Below, piece by piece: positions 1 through 9,652 of a stretch of 64,000 nucleotides of DNA. The notes beneath the pieces were generated by a model that had not been told where the DNA came from, searched no databases, and worked only from the letters and a program-made list of their open reading frames with translations. Where the stretch lies: the IMG/VR virus record IMGVR_UViG_3300031857_000029; one strand, written 5' to 3'. Each line of letters opens with the position of its first letter. Position 1 is the stretch's first letter. Position numbers and translations under genes: made by a program. The DNA is from a virus.

Positions 1-914
1 ATGTCGGTCGGTCAAACGAGCGTAACTCACAAGAGCAGGCAGAGTTTGAGTACGATGCCGTAATCAAGAAGCAGAAGGACAAGGGATTCCGTGCAAAGGG
101 TGAACGAAAGAATGTTCGTCCGATGCCAATGCTCGCGCATAAGTTTACGGACCATAAAAAGAAGGTTGAGTTTCCTATCTATGTTCAGCCCAAGCTCAAT
201 GGTATGCGTATGTTGTTTGACGGAGAGAACGGGTGGAGTCGGGGAAACAAGGAAGTTATTCCAGAAGTAATTCAACACTTGAAGTTTGATACTGGTGGTC
301 ATATCCTTGATGGTGAGTTGATGCTTCCGAATAACGTTCTACTCCAAGAGAGTATGACGGCTATCAAGAAGTATCGTCCTGAGTTGTCCCCGAAGTTGCT
401 ATATCACGTTTACGATATCGTGGATGATAGTCTCCCGTATAAGAAGCGGCATGAGTTGATTCACGAAATCCGTGCTAAGGCTCCGAAGAATGTCGTGATG
501 GTTCCTACGTGGGAGGCTTTCACGGAGTCGGATGTGTTGGTGTGGCACAAGTCATTCACCAGAGATGGATTCGAGGGAACGATGATTCGTAACCCCGAGA
601 TGGGATATGAGATTGGTAAGCGTTCTTATTCACTTTTGAAACTAAAGGATTTCGTCGATGCAGAATATCGTATTGTTGATGTTGTTGATGGTGATGGTAG
701 TGACGTTGGGCTCGCCATATTTGAATTGGAGACTGATTCTGGTCAGCGGTTTAATTGCCGTCCAGAGGGTTCGCAGGAAAATCGTGCAGACCTATTCAAG
801 AATCGTCGTTCGCTTATTGGCAAGTATCTAACGGTTCGCTATCAAGAGTTGAGCAAGGATGGTGTTCCTATTTTTCCAGTTGGTGTCTCTATTCGTGAAT
901 GGGGGGAATTCTGA
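1..914 (+). CDS. ATP-dependent DNA ligase (5'-truncated by window edge)
   Basis: Motif I QPKLNGMR, ILDGEL, GFEGTMIR, LLKLK and C-terminal OB fold (YQELSKDGVPIFP). The frame is open from base 3 (VGRSNERNSQEQAEFE...), so the true start lies upstream. Confidence 0.93.
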   Translation, partial: VGRSNERNSQEQAEFEYDAVIKKQKDKGFRAKGERKNVRPMPMLAHKFTDHKKKVEFPIYVQPKLNGMRMLFDGENGWSRGNKEVIPEVIQHLKFDTGGHILDGELMLPNNVLLQESMTAIKKYRPELSPKLLYHVYDIVDDSLPYKKRHELIHEIRAKAPKNVVMVPTWEAFTESDVLVWHKSFTRDGFEGTMIRNPEMGYEIGKRSYSLLKLKDFVDAEYRIVDVVDGDGSDVGLAIFELETDSGQRFNCRPEGSQENRADLFKNRRSLIGKYLTVRYQELSKDGVPIFPVGVSIREWGEF

Positions 915-1138
915 TGCGTAAAGTTATGGTTCCGTTGGATTGGGAAACGGTGGATAACATCGTCGTTATGCAGGTCAAAGAGATGAAGGAAAGTCTCGAA
1001 GGGTATCTTATTCAGGTCAAGAACAATAAGAAGGGTACTGTGTTTGATTTGGATTACAAGAAGGATATGAAGCGTATCAAGGAACATATCGAAGCGTGTG
1101 AACTTCTATACGCTTATTTCGGTGGGAACAACAAGTAA
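914..1138 (+). CDS. hypothetical protein
   Basis: TGATG coupling to the ligase stop; phage-like codon usage. Confidence 0.7.
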   Translation: MRKVMVPLDWETVDNIVVMQVKEMKESLEGYLIQVKNNKKGTVFDLDYKKDMKRIKEHIEACELLYAYFGGNNK

Positions 1139-1143
1139 TATTT

Positions 1144-1262
1144 GGCACCGCAGTTGGTCGGGACAACGATAGTATGACACGGGCGCTACCCGAGGTTACA
1201 AGCATACTATGCTAGCCAAGGACTAGGTGAGAGCCTAGATGGGTTCGAATCCCACGGTGCCA
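1144..1262 (+). ncRNA. non-canonical tRNA-like RNA (119 nt)
   Basis: Acceptor stem GGCACCG/CGGTGCC-A, D arm GTTG-GTCGGGA-CAAC, T arm TGGG-TTCGAAT-CCCA, variable hairpin CTAGG-TGAGAG-CCTAG. The anticodon arm is replaced by an 8-bp stem ATAGTATG/CATACTAT closing 26 nt. Confidence 0.7.
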
Positions 1263-1285
1263 CTTTAATATTTTAAGGAGACTAT

Positions 1286-2485
1286 ATGAAAAGGTTATTA
1301 CTAACGGTTTGTGTATTTTTAATTGGATGTGACGCTTTACCTACAGCGCCCATATCGAACCAATCCATAACAGAACCAACCGATATTACATTATTTAAAG
1401 AATCCATATTAAATCAACGGTCAGGTATCTCTTTCACATGGGCTTATAGCGAAGAATACCATCCACTACTTGAAGATAGGCTAACCACTCGTTCAGGATA
1501 TTATGGTGGCGGTCAATCATATCATGATGTAAACAATGATGGATTCCAAGATATACTAGTAAGTTTTCATCGTGACGCAAATAGTACTGAACTCCGTTGG
1601 TATATCAACAACGGAGACAATAAGAATTATAAAATTCCCACAAGAAAATATTTTAATCAGAGTACTAGCGGTATTAGTTCGCACAAAATTCTCAAAACAG
1701 ACGTAAATAATGATAACATCGCAGACTTTATTGCGTTAGGTGTAGATGAAAGAATACAAGGAAATTACACTGGCAATTTTACTGTATTGATTGGAAAGAA
1801 TGATGGAACCTTTGATGTAAAAGATATTCCCAACCCCAATCGTTATTGGTTCCACAATGGAGCTTCCGGCGACCTTAACGGCGATGGTAATGTAGATGTA
1901 ATAACTGCCACCTTTATTTGGTATGGGGATGGTAAAGGAAATTTTTCTAAAAGAGAAGATTACGACTTATCCGAATATACTCCACTAGTCTATGAAATTA
2001 TTGACATAGATAAAGATGGTTGGAATGATCTTATTGTACGCGGACCATTTAGAGCGACTACCATAATTTACAACAATAAAGGAACAATAAATAAGAATAA
2101 TAGAACATATGAGCTTCCTGCAGCTACATATAAAGCAGTAATGGATATAGAGGTTATCGACTTTGATAAAGATGGAGACTTAGATATTGTTGAACTCGCT
2201 CAGCTAGGTGGTAATTCAACCGAGTCGGTTATGTCAAACATAACAGTATATTATAATAATCAGATGGCCTTTCGACCAAATGAAATTATTTTAGAAGAAT
2301 CGGTTGACGGCAATCTTATGCACGGAGAATCTGATAAGTACGGATGGAGTGTATTCAAATTTGATGATATAGATAGAGATGGTGTAGATGAGATTATAGC
2401 GGAAAACTATCACGATGGAAATTATAATGCCTTGAAGTTAATTAATGGCAAATGGAAAAAGATTACAATTAATTATGGAAGATAA
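1286..2485 (+). CDS. lipoprotein with FG-GAP/VCBS Ca-binding repeats (beta-propeller)
   Basis: Lipobox LIGC; repeated DVNNDGFQD, DLNGDGNVD, DIDKDGWND, DFDKDGDLD; RBS AAGGAG. Confidence 0.85.
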   Translation: MKRLLLTVCVFLIGCDALPTAPISNQSITEPTDITLFKESILNQRSGISFTWAYSEEYHPLLEDRLTTRSGYYGGGQSYHDVNNDGFQDILVSFHRDANSTELRWYINNGDNKNYKIPTRKYFNQSTSGISSHKILKTDVNNDNIADFIALGVDERIQGNYTGNFTVLIGKNDGTFDVKDIPNPNRYWFHNGASGDLNGDGNVDVITATFIWYGDGKGNFSKREDYDLSEYTPLVYEIIDIDKDGWNDLIVRGPFRATTIIYNNKGTINKNNRTYELPAATYKAVMDIEVIDFDKDGDLDIVELAQLGGNSTESVMSNITVYYNNQMAFRPNEIILEESVDGNLMHGESDKYGWSVFKFDDIDRDGVDEIIAENYHDGNYNALKLINGKWKKITINYGR

Positions 2486-2840
2486 AAAGAATCCAAATGC
2501 ATTAACTTATGGGATTTCCCCAAGTGCTCCCGCGTCTATTAAACCAGTAGATGTGGATAAGTGGGTCGGCAAAGTTGAACCCACTTTTAAACATTATTAC
2601 GAAGAACGATATAATGATTTAGTCAGACAATATCAAGAACTTGTTAATGACTATGAAATAAATAAAATGTGTTATGAGGCCTCACTTGGATTCGAACCAA
2701 ATATGGGGCAAGTCTACCACTTGTATCGTAAGAGTGATGGTAGTACATTTCTATCTATGGTCGAACCACAATATGCGTTTTGGGGTGACCATCTTGGTAG
2801 TTATAGATTGAACGCTCAATATGCGTGGGAAAGTGTCTGA
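2475..2840 (+). CDS. DUF2452-like protein
   Basis: YEASLGFEPNMGQVYHLYRK...FLSMVEP motif. Confidence 0.65.
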   Translation: MEDKKNPNALTYGISPSAPASIKPVDVDKWVGKVEPTFKHYYEERYNDLVRQYQELVNDYEINKMCYEASLGFEPNMGQVYHLYRKSDGSTFLSMVEPQYAFWGDHLGSYRLNAQYAWESV

Positions 2841-3424
2841 TGGCATTACAAGGGTATGCGGTAGAACATATTTCATTCTCAGAACGAGTTCGTGCGTTTT
2901 TAAGTGATTGGCATTATTCTGATTATACGAATATCCAAGCAAAAGAAGTATTTGGATTGTTTCGGGAAGGTACTTTTTTACCCGAAATGGTTGGGGTATG
3001 TATTTATACTAGGCCGGCAGGACCGACTGCGGCACAGAAATATTATCCAAGTGACCCAGATAAATGTTTGGAATTGCGGAGACTCTGCTTGGTAGACGAT
3101 ACCCCAAAGAACGCTGAGAGTTTCTTTGTTAGTCGGACGTTGAAATGGTTACGAAAAAATACACAATGGAAGTTCGTGGTGAGTTATGCGGACCCAGAGC
3201 AAGGACATAAGGGTATCATCTATCGGGCAGCAAACTTTAAGTATGAAGGAATAACCGCACCTGGGTCATCACTAATCGTTGATGGAAAGCCGTTTCACAT
3301 TAGAACATTAACGATGACAGATAGACCTTATGGCGTAGAAATCAATCAACGATATAAGAACAAAGACCCGAATGTTCAAATCGTAAAAACAGAACCAAAA
3401 CACATTTACACTTATCAACTATAA
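2840..3424 (+). CDS. Mom-like (GNAT-fold) DNA modification protein
   Basis: LELRRL...PKNAESFFVS...VVSYADPEQGHKGIIYRAANFKY signature. Confidence 0.75.
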   Translation: MALQGYAVEHISFSERVRAFLSDWHYSDYTNIQAKEVFGLFREGTFLPEMVGVCIYTRPAGPTAAQKYYPSDPDKCLELRRLCLVDDTPKNAESFFVSRTLKWLRKNTQWKFVVSYADPEQGHKGIIYRAANFKYEGITAPGSSLIVDGKPFHIRTLTMTDRPYGVEINQRYKNKDPNVQIVKTEPKHIYTYQL

Positions 3425-4029
3425 TGCACTCACTAACCGCATCACTCCCTCAGCATTTGTATGGTAGAGTCCATCGTGAGTTTATTACGAACGGAGTGGA
3501 CACTGGTGTGGAAAATTGCATCATTCATGCGGTATCCGTCAGACCAGCACAAGCATTGACCTTTTCTGTATTATTGGAAAATGGAGCACAATATCGTGGA
3601 GTTCCTATTCACGGATTGATAATCGGACAAGACCCGAATAAAGATACACCACCGATGCAAGATTTACACTGCCATCAAGTGTGGGGATGTTTTGGAACAG
3701 AGTTTAGTATCGTGGATATGACATTTTCTAAAGGATTAAGTGCAGAATGGGTGGATTCGTTGGGTAAAAAATTTACTGGTCGTGGATTGGGATGGGCTAT
3801 TGAGTTTCACGACGATGGATATTCTAATGCACCACAACAAGATAAAAGTTTTAATATGTTGGTATCACCAGAAGGATATCTTGCAGCGATGCCAAACAAC
3901 AGAGTTAGATGGTGGGAAGATAGCTTTACAAACTGGAAGCTACCAATAAGATTGAAGGTCAATCACAAAATATATTATGTAGAAAAGATGGGAACCAATC
4001 CAGAAGAAACCGCTTTCGTAACGGAGTGA
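3424..4029 (+). CDS. conserved phage hypothetical protein
   Basis: Coupled ORF, 201 aa; LLENGA.YRG.P.H and AMPNNRVRW motifs. Confidence 0.7.
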   Translation: MHSLTASLPQHLYGRVHREFITNGVDTGVENCIIHAVSVRPAQALTFSVLLENGAQYRGVPIHGLIIGQDPNKDTPPMQDLHCHQVWGCFGTEFSIVDMTFSKGLSAEWVDSLGKKFTGRGLGWAIEFHDDGYSNAPQQDKSFNMLVSPEGYLAAMPNNRVRWWEDSFTNWKLPIRLKVNHKIYYVEKMGTNPEETAFVTE

Positions 4030-4032
4030 TAT

Positions 4033-4389
4033 ATGGGAATGTTCGACACATTAAAAGTGGAAATAAAGATTCCAGGCTTTTCCGAAGTACCTGATGTTGA
4101 ATTTCAAACGAAATCATTAGACTGTGCATTAGAAAATTATGTTATAACTAATAATGGTGAATTATACCGTGAAGTGTGGGATTACGAGTGGACGGATGAC
4201 TCCAGCTCCGTTTTTAATGGGTATTTTAATAAAGTAGAAGGTAGTTATCGCCGAGAGTACTTGACAGACTTCCACGGTGATGTTATATTTTATGAAGGTA
4301 AAACTGTGGACGGAAAGTGGAGATATTACTCTGCCCGTTTCACGGAAGGTAAATTAACTCGTATGTGGTACAAAGACGAACAATATTAA
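4033..4389 (+). CDS. hypothetical protein (MGMFD/FQTKSLDC family)
   Basis: MGMFD...FQTKSLD...ARFTEGKL motif seen in phage proteins. Confidence 0.7.
   Translation: MGMFDTLKVEIKIPGFSEVPDVEFQTKSLDCALENYVITNNGELYREVWDYEWTDDSSSVFNGYFNKVEGSYRREYLTDFHGDVIFYEGKTVDGKWRYYSARFTEGKLTRMWYKDEQY
4261..4289 (+). promoter_or_regulatory. sigma70-like promoter inside a CDS, upstream of the clamp operon
   Basis: TTGACA-17-TATATT. Confidence 0.65.
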
Positions 4390-4400
4390 ACAGAGGTTAA

Positions 4401-5126
4401 ATGGTTATGGAAAAGTCAAAGTTGGAAAAGTTCATTTCGAAGTATAACATCGGTGGAGCATGTGAGAGCGTAAAGTATGTATCGAATGGTACAGAGATGA
4501 CAGTTCGTGCGGTTTCTGACGATAAGAATGTACTTGCCGAAGTTACTGGTCACGATATCGGATTTCCCCAAGGTGAGTTCAGTATCTATGAAACAAAGAA
4601 GCTTCGTTCACTTCTTGGTGTACTTGGGGAGAAGCTCAAGGTCGCTGCCAACAATGTGTCTGGCAAGGTTGTCGGAATGAATCTTTCCGATTCTGATACG
4701 AAGGTTACATTTGTTCTTGCAGATGAATCGGTCATCCCAAAAGTTCCCGATTTGAAGAAGCTTCCTCCCACCGATATCGAAATCGTTCTTGATGAGAAGT
4801 TTGTTAACACATTCGCCCGTGCTAAAGGCGCTCTGTCTGAGGTGAGCACATTCACCGTGATGAGTGACGGCACTGATGCGACTGTGGTAATTGGTTATTC
4901 TACATCCAACACGAATCGTGTTAATATTAAGACGACAACCAAGACAAATACTAAGATTGAACCGACGAGCTTTTCCGCTGACTACTTGAAGGAAATCCTT
5001 CTTTCAAATAAGGAAATCAAGGATGGAGTATTGAAGGTTAGTTCGAAGGGCATCGCTGTGGCTGAGTTCGCAGGTGAGGGATTCACCTCGAAGTACTACC
5101 TCGTTCAGATTAACACGAAGGATTAA
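4401..5126 (+). CDS. DNA polymerase sliding clamp (PCNA/gp45-like)
   Basis: 241 aa; PCNA-like C-terminus FSADYLKEIL...KYYLV; in the operon with the clamp loader. Confidence 0.75.
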   Translation: MVMEKSKLEKFISKYNIGGACESVKYVSNGTEMTVRAVSDDKNVLAEVTGHDIGFPQGEFSIYETKKLRSLLGVLGEKLKVAANNVSGKVVGMNLSDSDTKVTFVLADESVIPKVPDLKKLPPTDIEIVLDEKFVNTFARAKGALSEVSTFTVMSDGTDATVVIGYSTSNTNRVNIKTTTKTNTKIEPTSFSADYLKEILLSNKEIKDGVLKVSSKGIAVAEFAGEGFTSKYYLVQINTKD

Positions 5127-6307
5127 TGGCCGGCTTCGACGATTTCTTTGATGCACCCAAGTTTGATTTCGACAAGGAGAAACAACTCTTTGTCGAAAAC
5201 TTGGACATGCTTAAGAGTATGTCCGTTCAAGAGCAAACCTTGTACAAGAAGTATAAGGAAGTAAATGGGTATTATCAGAATTCGTTTGATAAGGCTCGCA
5301 TCGTGAAGGCGAAAATTTGGACGCCTACTGATCTTAACAATAAGGAACAGACAGTCAAGGAAATCCAAGCCCTCCAGCCTCGTATTCGTGTGGTCATGCC
5401 AAAGACTACCGACGAGATGGATTGGAATATGATTCGGGTATTCTCACATACGATGGAGTTCGACCAGAACCCCGGCCGATTCGTTCGGTTCCTTGTCTAT
5501 GATGAGGTGACGGGGAAGTATCTGGGTGCAACTTCGTTGGGTAGTGATGTAATCGCTATCGGATGCCGTGACCAGTGGATTGGTTGGGATAAGGATACAA
5601 AGCTAAAGGGGAAGTTGAATAATTCCGCTATCGGTACGTGTATTATGGCTACCCAGCCGTTCGGATACAACTTCTTGGGTGGGAAGCTGGTTGCGTCTAT
5701 GTTGACCACAAAGGTTGTGTCTGATACGTGGGAAAAGATGTATAACAATGTGTTGGCTGGACTGACCACCACTTCACTATATGGGTCGGAATCTATGTAC
5801 AATTCTATTCCGTTCTGGAAGAAGTTGGGTTCGAGTACTGGTGCGATTGGTATCAAGCCCGATGATGATGTCTATGGCAAGTGGCATGACTATCTGAAGC
5901 AGAACAAGCCAGATGAATACAAGGAACGATTCGTCAAGGATGACCCATCGAAGGGGCCGGTCACTGGTATTAAACAGCAAATCATTTCTATGATTTTCCG
6001 TGAAGTGGGAGTCAGTGCGAGTAAGTACAAGCACGGATTTGAGCGTGGTGTATATTACGCTCCCCTTTACGAGAATACCCGTGAGTTCCTCCGTGGGGAG
6101 ATTGAGAAGGATAAGCTCGTTCCCTTGACAAAGCTGAAGGATGATGTAGATTCTGTATTGAACTGGTGGAAGCCGAAGGCTATTGCCCGATATGAGAAGT
6201 TGCATGAAGAGGGTCGGACAAAGGATGGTATTCTGTATTACACCAATATGATTGGAATTAGTTGGGATGAGGCAAAGCGTATATATCTTCCAGAGGTCGG
6301 GCGATGA
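5126..6307 (+). CDS. DUF4338/DruA-like GNAT-related protein
   Basis: PGRFVRFLV.D..TGKYLG, RD.WIGW, PFGYNFLGGKL, TTTSLYG..SMYN motifs. Confidence 0.7.
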   Translation: MAGFDDFFDAPKFDFDKEKQLFVENLDMLKSMSVQEQTLYKKYKEVNGYYQNSFDKARIVKAKIWTPTDLNNKEQTVKEIQALQPRIRVVMPKTTDEMDWNMIRVFSHTMEFDQNPGRFVRFLVYDEVTGKYLGATSLGSDVIAIGCRDQWIGWDKDTKLKGKLNNSAIGTCIMATQPFGYNFLGGKLVASMLTTKVVSDTWEKMYNNVLAGLTTTSLYGSESMYNSIPFWKKLGSSTGAIGIKPDDDVYGKWHDYLKQNKPDEYKERFVKDDPSKGPVTGIKQQIISMIFREVGVSASKYKHGFERGVYYAPLYENTREFLRGEIEKDKLVPLTKLKDDVDSVLNWWKPKAIARYEKLHEEGRTKDGILYYTNMIGISWDEAKRIYLPEVGR

Positions 6308-7413
6308 GCTTCTTTGAAACAACCGTTGACATATCAAAGTGTAGAAAAGTATTGGTGATACCTAATATCACTAATTCTGCGAATATTGAAAAAGACTCCT
6401 TTGTGGATGTCATCTACAATCACATTCGAGCATTAGAAAAGCTTGGAGATTATTATTGGCATATTTTGGTTCCAGAGCCAGTTGCTAAACTGAATCTTGA
6501 AAATGTTAAGCAACACATCGTAGATATTTCTGGTGATATGATTCATATGCGGGTAACCTTTCCTAGAAAGGCTATTAATCTCTTACAAGATTTGGAATAC
6601 GATGTAGTGTATTCGCATTTACCCGATTGGTTTATGGTCAAGCGATATACCGATAAGGATATTATTGGATACGCACATTGGTGGGAAATGAAATCGTGTA
6701 ACGCTGAAGATAGAAAGAATCGTCAACGAAACATTGTGGCAGAATTGTTGGGTGTATTGGGGATGAAGGTCTGTTATCTCAACACCCAAGACCAAAAGAA
6801 TCGTGTATTAGACGAGGCACGTCAATGGTTTAGTGACGAAAAGGTTCAAGAATTAGATAAAATTCTTCAAGTCTGGCATTTGGGTGTTCCACAAGGAAAG
6901 ATTATTTCAGAACCGACCGAAAAGGAAAAGATTATTGTATTCAATCATCGAGCCGCTGCATATAAAGGATATCCACAATTTATTGAGCTGATGAAAGAGT
7001 ATCGTGAATCCAGACAAGACTTTGTGGTATGGGTTCCTCAGCTGGACGGAAAGCCTGAAGAATCATGGATTGACAATACAAAAGTCCCGAAGCATGAGTA
7101 CTATACCAGACTTCAACGTTGCTCCGTAGGAATCCAAATGCGCCAGTCAAACTATGGTTGGAGCGTGGCAGCTACGGATTGCATGATGAATGGTACTGCC
7201 GTCATTTTCCAAGAGTCTGATTGTTATCACGAAATTGACCCCAACGGAATGTTCTTCAAGTTTAAAAGGGATTTATTTGCGACTCTAGATAAATTCTTTG
7301 ATGATGAAAACTTTAGACACGAACAAGGTGTAAGAAGTATAGCTAGAACCAAGGAATTACAGTTAAATGAAGCTAAGATGATTAAACAATTAAACAATCA
7401 ACTAACACGGTAG
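6304..7413 (+). CDS. GT-B glycosyltransferase
   Basis: IVFNHR...YKG and GWSVAATDCMMNG (GT4-like donor-binding motif). Confidence 0.7.
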   Translation: MSFFETTVDISKCRKVLVIPNITNSANIEKDSFVDVIYNHIRALEKLGDYYWHILVPEPVAKLNLENVKQHIVDISGDMIHMRVTFPRKAINLLQDLEYDVVYSHLPDWFMVKRYTDKDIIGYAHWWEMKSCNAEDRKNRQRNIVAELLGVLGMKVCYLNTQDQKNRVLDEARQWFSDEKVQELDKILQVWHLGVPQGKIISEPTEKEKIIVFNHRAAAYKGYPQFIELMKEYRESRQDFVVWVPQLDGKPEESWIDNTKVPKHEYYTRLQRCSVGIQMRQSNYGWSVAATDCMMNGTAVIFQESDCYHEIDPNGMFFKFKRDLFATLDKFFDDENFRHEQGVRSIARTKELQLNEAKMIKQLNNQLTR

Positions 7414-7419
7414 GAGAAA

Positions 7420-8739
7420 ATGAATCTACTTAATTTTGCGAAGTTCCCGGCGTCTTTCAACGAAAATGAAATCCATCTGGGGAACGCTCCTGCTCAGTAT
7501 GAGTCTTATCTTTATAGATATACCCATCTAGAAACGGGAAAAATGTACATAGGTATTCACAAGGGTAGACTTGGAGACAGGTACTGGCATTCGTCAAAGA
7601 ACGAAGAATTTAATCAAGCACTTTCTACCGAGAAAAATGTGTTTAAGTTTGAAGTTCTTCGGTTCGGCAGCCATCACGCTATGGAAGTTGCAGAAAGTAG
7701 GATGTTACATGCGGTGGATGCCAAAAATAATCCTATGTACTATAACTTAACAAACGGTATGAAATTACATCAAGATGCACCGCCCGATGTAGAAATGATG
7801 CAAATCCTAGTTGATAAGATTCAGTCTAGAGATGGATTGACAGTTACCATAGAACCAGTTGAAGAGATTGCGGTACTAAAACGTGTACAGGTTCGGTTAG
7901 CTGAAGATGAAGCTCACAAGAGGGAAATCAAGGAACGCATTGAAGACGCCGGCGGTGATACTTCTGGATGTTCTCCTGTGGTGATATACGAAGGTCGTGG
8001 ACCTAATGGAGAGGATCTCATTGGTGATGGTAACCACACAGTTATGGCTGCGAGTGAAGCAAAGCATTGTACTGTAATTCCTGTCATTCGTATTCCTAAG
8101 AGTGTACATAAAGAGTATACCGACGCTGAGTTGAAGGCTATCGGTAATCTTTTGAATAAGAAGCCGGATACTATTAAGAAGCCCGTCAGTCCTGATGACG
8201 CTGTAAAGCACCTTGAAGATATTGTTAGTAAAGGGGTTACTTTGGAGCAGTTCGCAAAAGATGAAGATGCGCACAGACAGTATTTACAGATTTGTGGATT
8301 TACTGGTAAGCAGATAACAAAGATTATTGGTAGAGTTAAAAAGAGCATTAAGAATCAAGAGTTCCTCAAAGCTAACAAACTTTGGATAGATTACACTAAA
8401 CCGATACATAAAAAGACTTTAGAAAGTACTACCGAAGGTTTTAGAACGGCAGATACTATGGCGATTCATGTAAGTTCTGCGATGTTTAAGTTTGACAACG
8501 TTGTAAATACGATGTTCGCCCACACAGAAGAAACCAAAAAAGGTCGAGTGACGCAGAAGGACAAAATGGTAGTTGTGGTGTACCATACCGATTCTGATAA
8601 GGAGCTGAACTGGAAAATGAATGAGCAACCACGTATACTAAATATGATTAGTTGGTTTTATACAAGACTTGGATACAGCGTTAGAATACATGAGATGCCT
8701 ACGACTATGACCCACAACCCGTTTTTAAACAATGAGTAA
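7420..8739 (+). CDS. GIY-YIG-like domain fused to ParB/Srx-like domain
   Basis: YLYRYTHLETGKMYIGIH...YYNLTNG N-terminus; IGDGNHTVMAA ParB-like motif. Confidence 0.65.
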   Translation: MNLLNFAKFPASFNENEIHLGNAPAQYESYLYRYTHLETGKMYIGIHKGRLGDRYWHSSKNEEFNQALSTEKNVFKFEVLRFGSHHAMEVAESRMLHAVDAKNNPMYYNLTNGMKLHQDAPPDVEMMQILVDKIQSRDGLTVTIEPVEEIAVLKRVQVRLAEDEAHKREIKERIEDAGGDTSGCSPVVIYEGRGPNGEDLIGDGNHTVMAASEAKHCTVIPVIRIPKSVHKEYTDAELKAIGNLLNKKPDTIKKPVSPDDAVKHLEDIVSKGVTLEQFAKDEDAHRQYLQICGFTGKQITKIIGRVKKSIKNQEFLKANKLWIDYTKPIHKKTLESTTEGFRTADTMAIHVSSAMFKFDNVVNTMFAHTEETKKGRVTQKDKMVVVVYHTDSDKELNWKMNEQPRILNMISWFYTRLGYSVRIHEMPTTMTHNPFLNNE

Positions 8740-9643
8740 TCACACCATTTGGGTAGAAAAGTATCGTCCGTCTATCTTGGACAATTATATTGGAAACGAA
8801 ACTCTTAAAGAAAAGTTCGCCCATTATATTGAAACGCAAGATATCCCGCATCTGCTGTTCTATGGAACGGCAGGTACGGGTAAGACAACCGCAGCAAAGA
8901 TTCTCGTAAAGAATATTGACTGTGACCACCTATTCATCAATGCATCAGATGAACGTGGTATTGATGTCATTCGTGAGAAGATTAAGAACTTTGCCTCCAC
9001 CTCTGGATTTGCTCCGTTGAAGGTGGTGGTACTGGACGAGGCAGATGCGTTGACTCCTGACGCACAAGCCGCTCTTCGCAATATGATGGAAGTATTTAGT
9101 CAAAAGACCAGATTCATCTTGACTTGTAATTACTTTGAACGTATTATTCCACCTATCGTCAGTCGGTGTCAGACTTCTGCGTTGACCCCACCATCGAAGA
9201 AGGAAGTGGCTATCCATCTCACGAACATCTTAAATCAAGAGGGTGTAACCTTTGAGAAGCAGGCAATCGCCACGTTAGTCAATGCGTATTATCCAGATAT
9301 TCGTCGTGTCATCGGAACCGCTCAGCAGCAAACCCGTGATGGAAAGTTGACTGTCAATGTCAACGAAGTAATCGCTGGTGACAGTAAGCTGAAGATTATG
9401 GATACTTTGACCAGCAATCAACCTTCGACTAATAAGGTTCAAGAAATTCGTCAAATAGTTGCTGACGCTGGTATCCGTGACTTTACCGAACTTTATCGGT
9501 TACTCTATGATAAGGTTCAAGATTATGCCCCGAACAAGATTCCCCAGACGATTATCCATATCGCTGAAGGTCAGTATCGGGATGCTTTTGTAGTAGATAA
9601 AGAAATTAATTTTATAGCAACAATGTATAACATTTTAATGTAA
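8732..9643 (+). CDS. clamp loader AAA+ subunit (RFC small/gp44-like)
   Basis: WVEKYRP, GTAGTGKT, NASDERGIDVIR, LDEAD, SRC. Confidence 0.95.
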   Translation: MSNHTIWVEKYRPSILDNYIGNETLKEKFAHYIETQDIPHLLFYGTAGTGKTTAAKILVKNIDCDHLFINASDERGIDVIREKIKNFASTSGFAPLKVVVLDEADALTPDAQAALRNMMEVFSQKTRFILTCNYFERIIPPIVSRCQTSALTPPSKKEVAIHLTNILNQEGVTFEKQAIATLVNAYYPDIRRVIGTAQQQTRDGKLTVNVNEVIAGDSKLKIMDTLTSNQPSTNKVQEIRQIVADAGIRDFTELYRLLYDKVQDYAPNKIPQTIIHIAEGQYRDAFVVDKEINFIATMYNILM

Positions 9644-9652
9644 GAGGAAATT

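Noticed and set aside
1144-1262. tRNA-Sec or tRNA-Pyl
   Set aside because: No TCA or CTA anticodon in a canonical 7-nt loop, and the arm geometry does not fit.
5126-6307. Druantia defence system
   Set aside because: Only a DUF4338-like gene; no DruE helicase or other partners.
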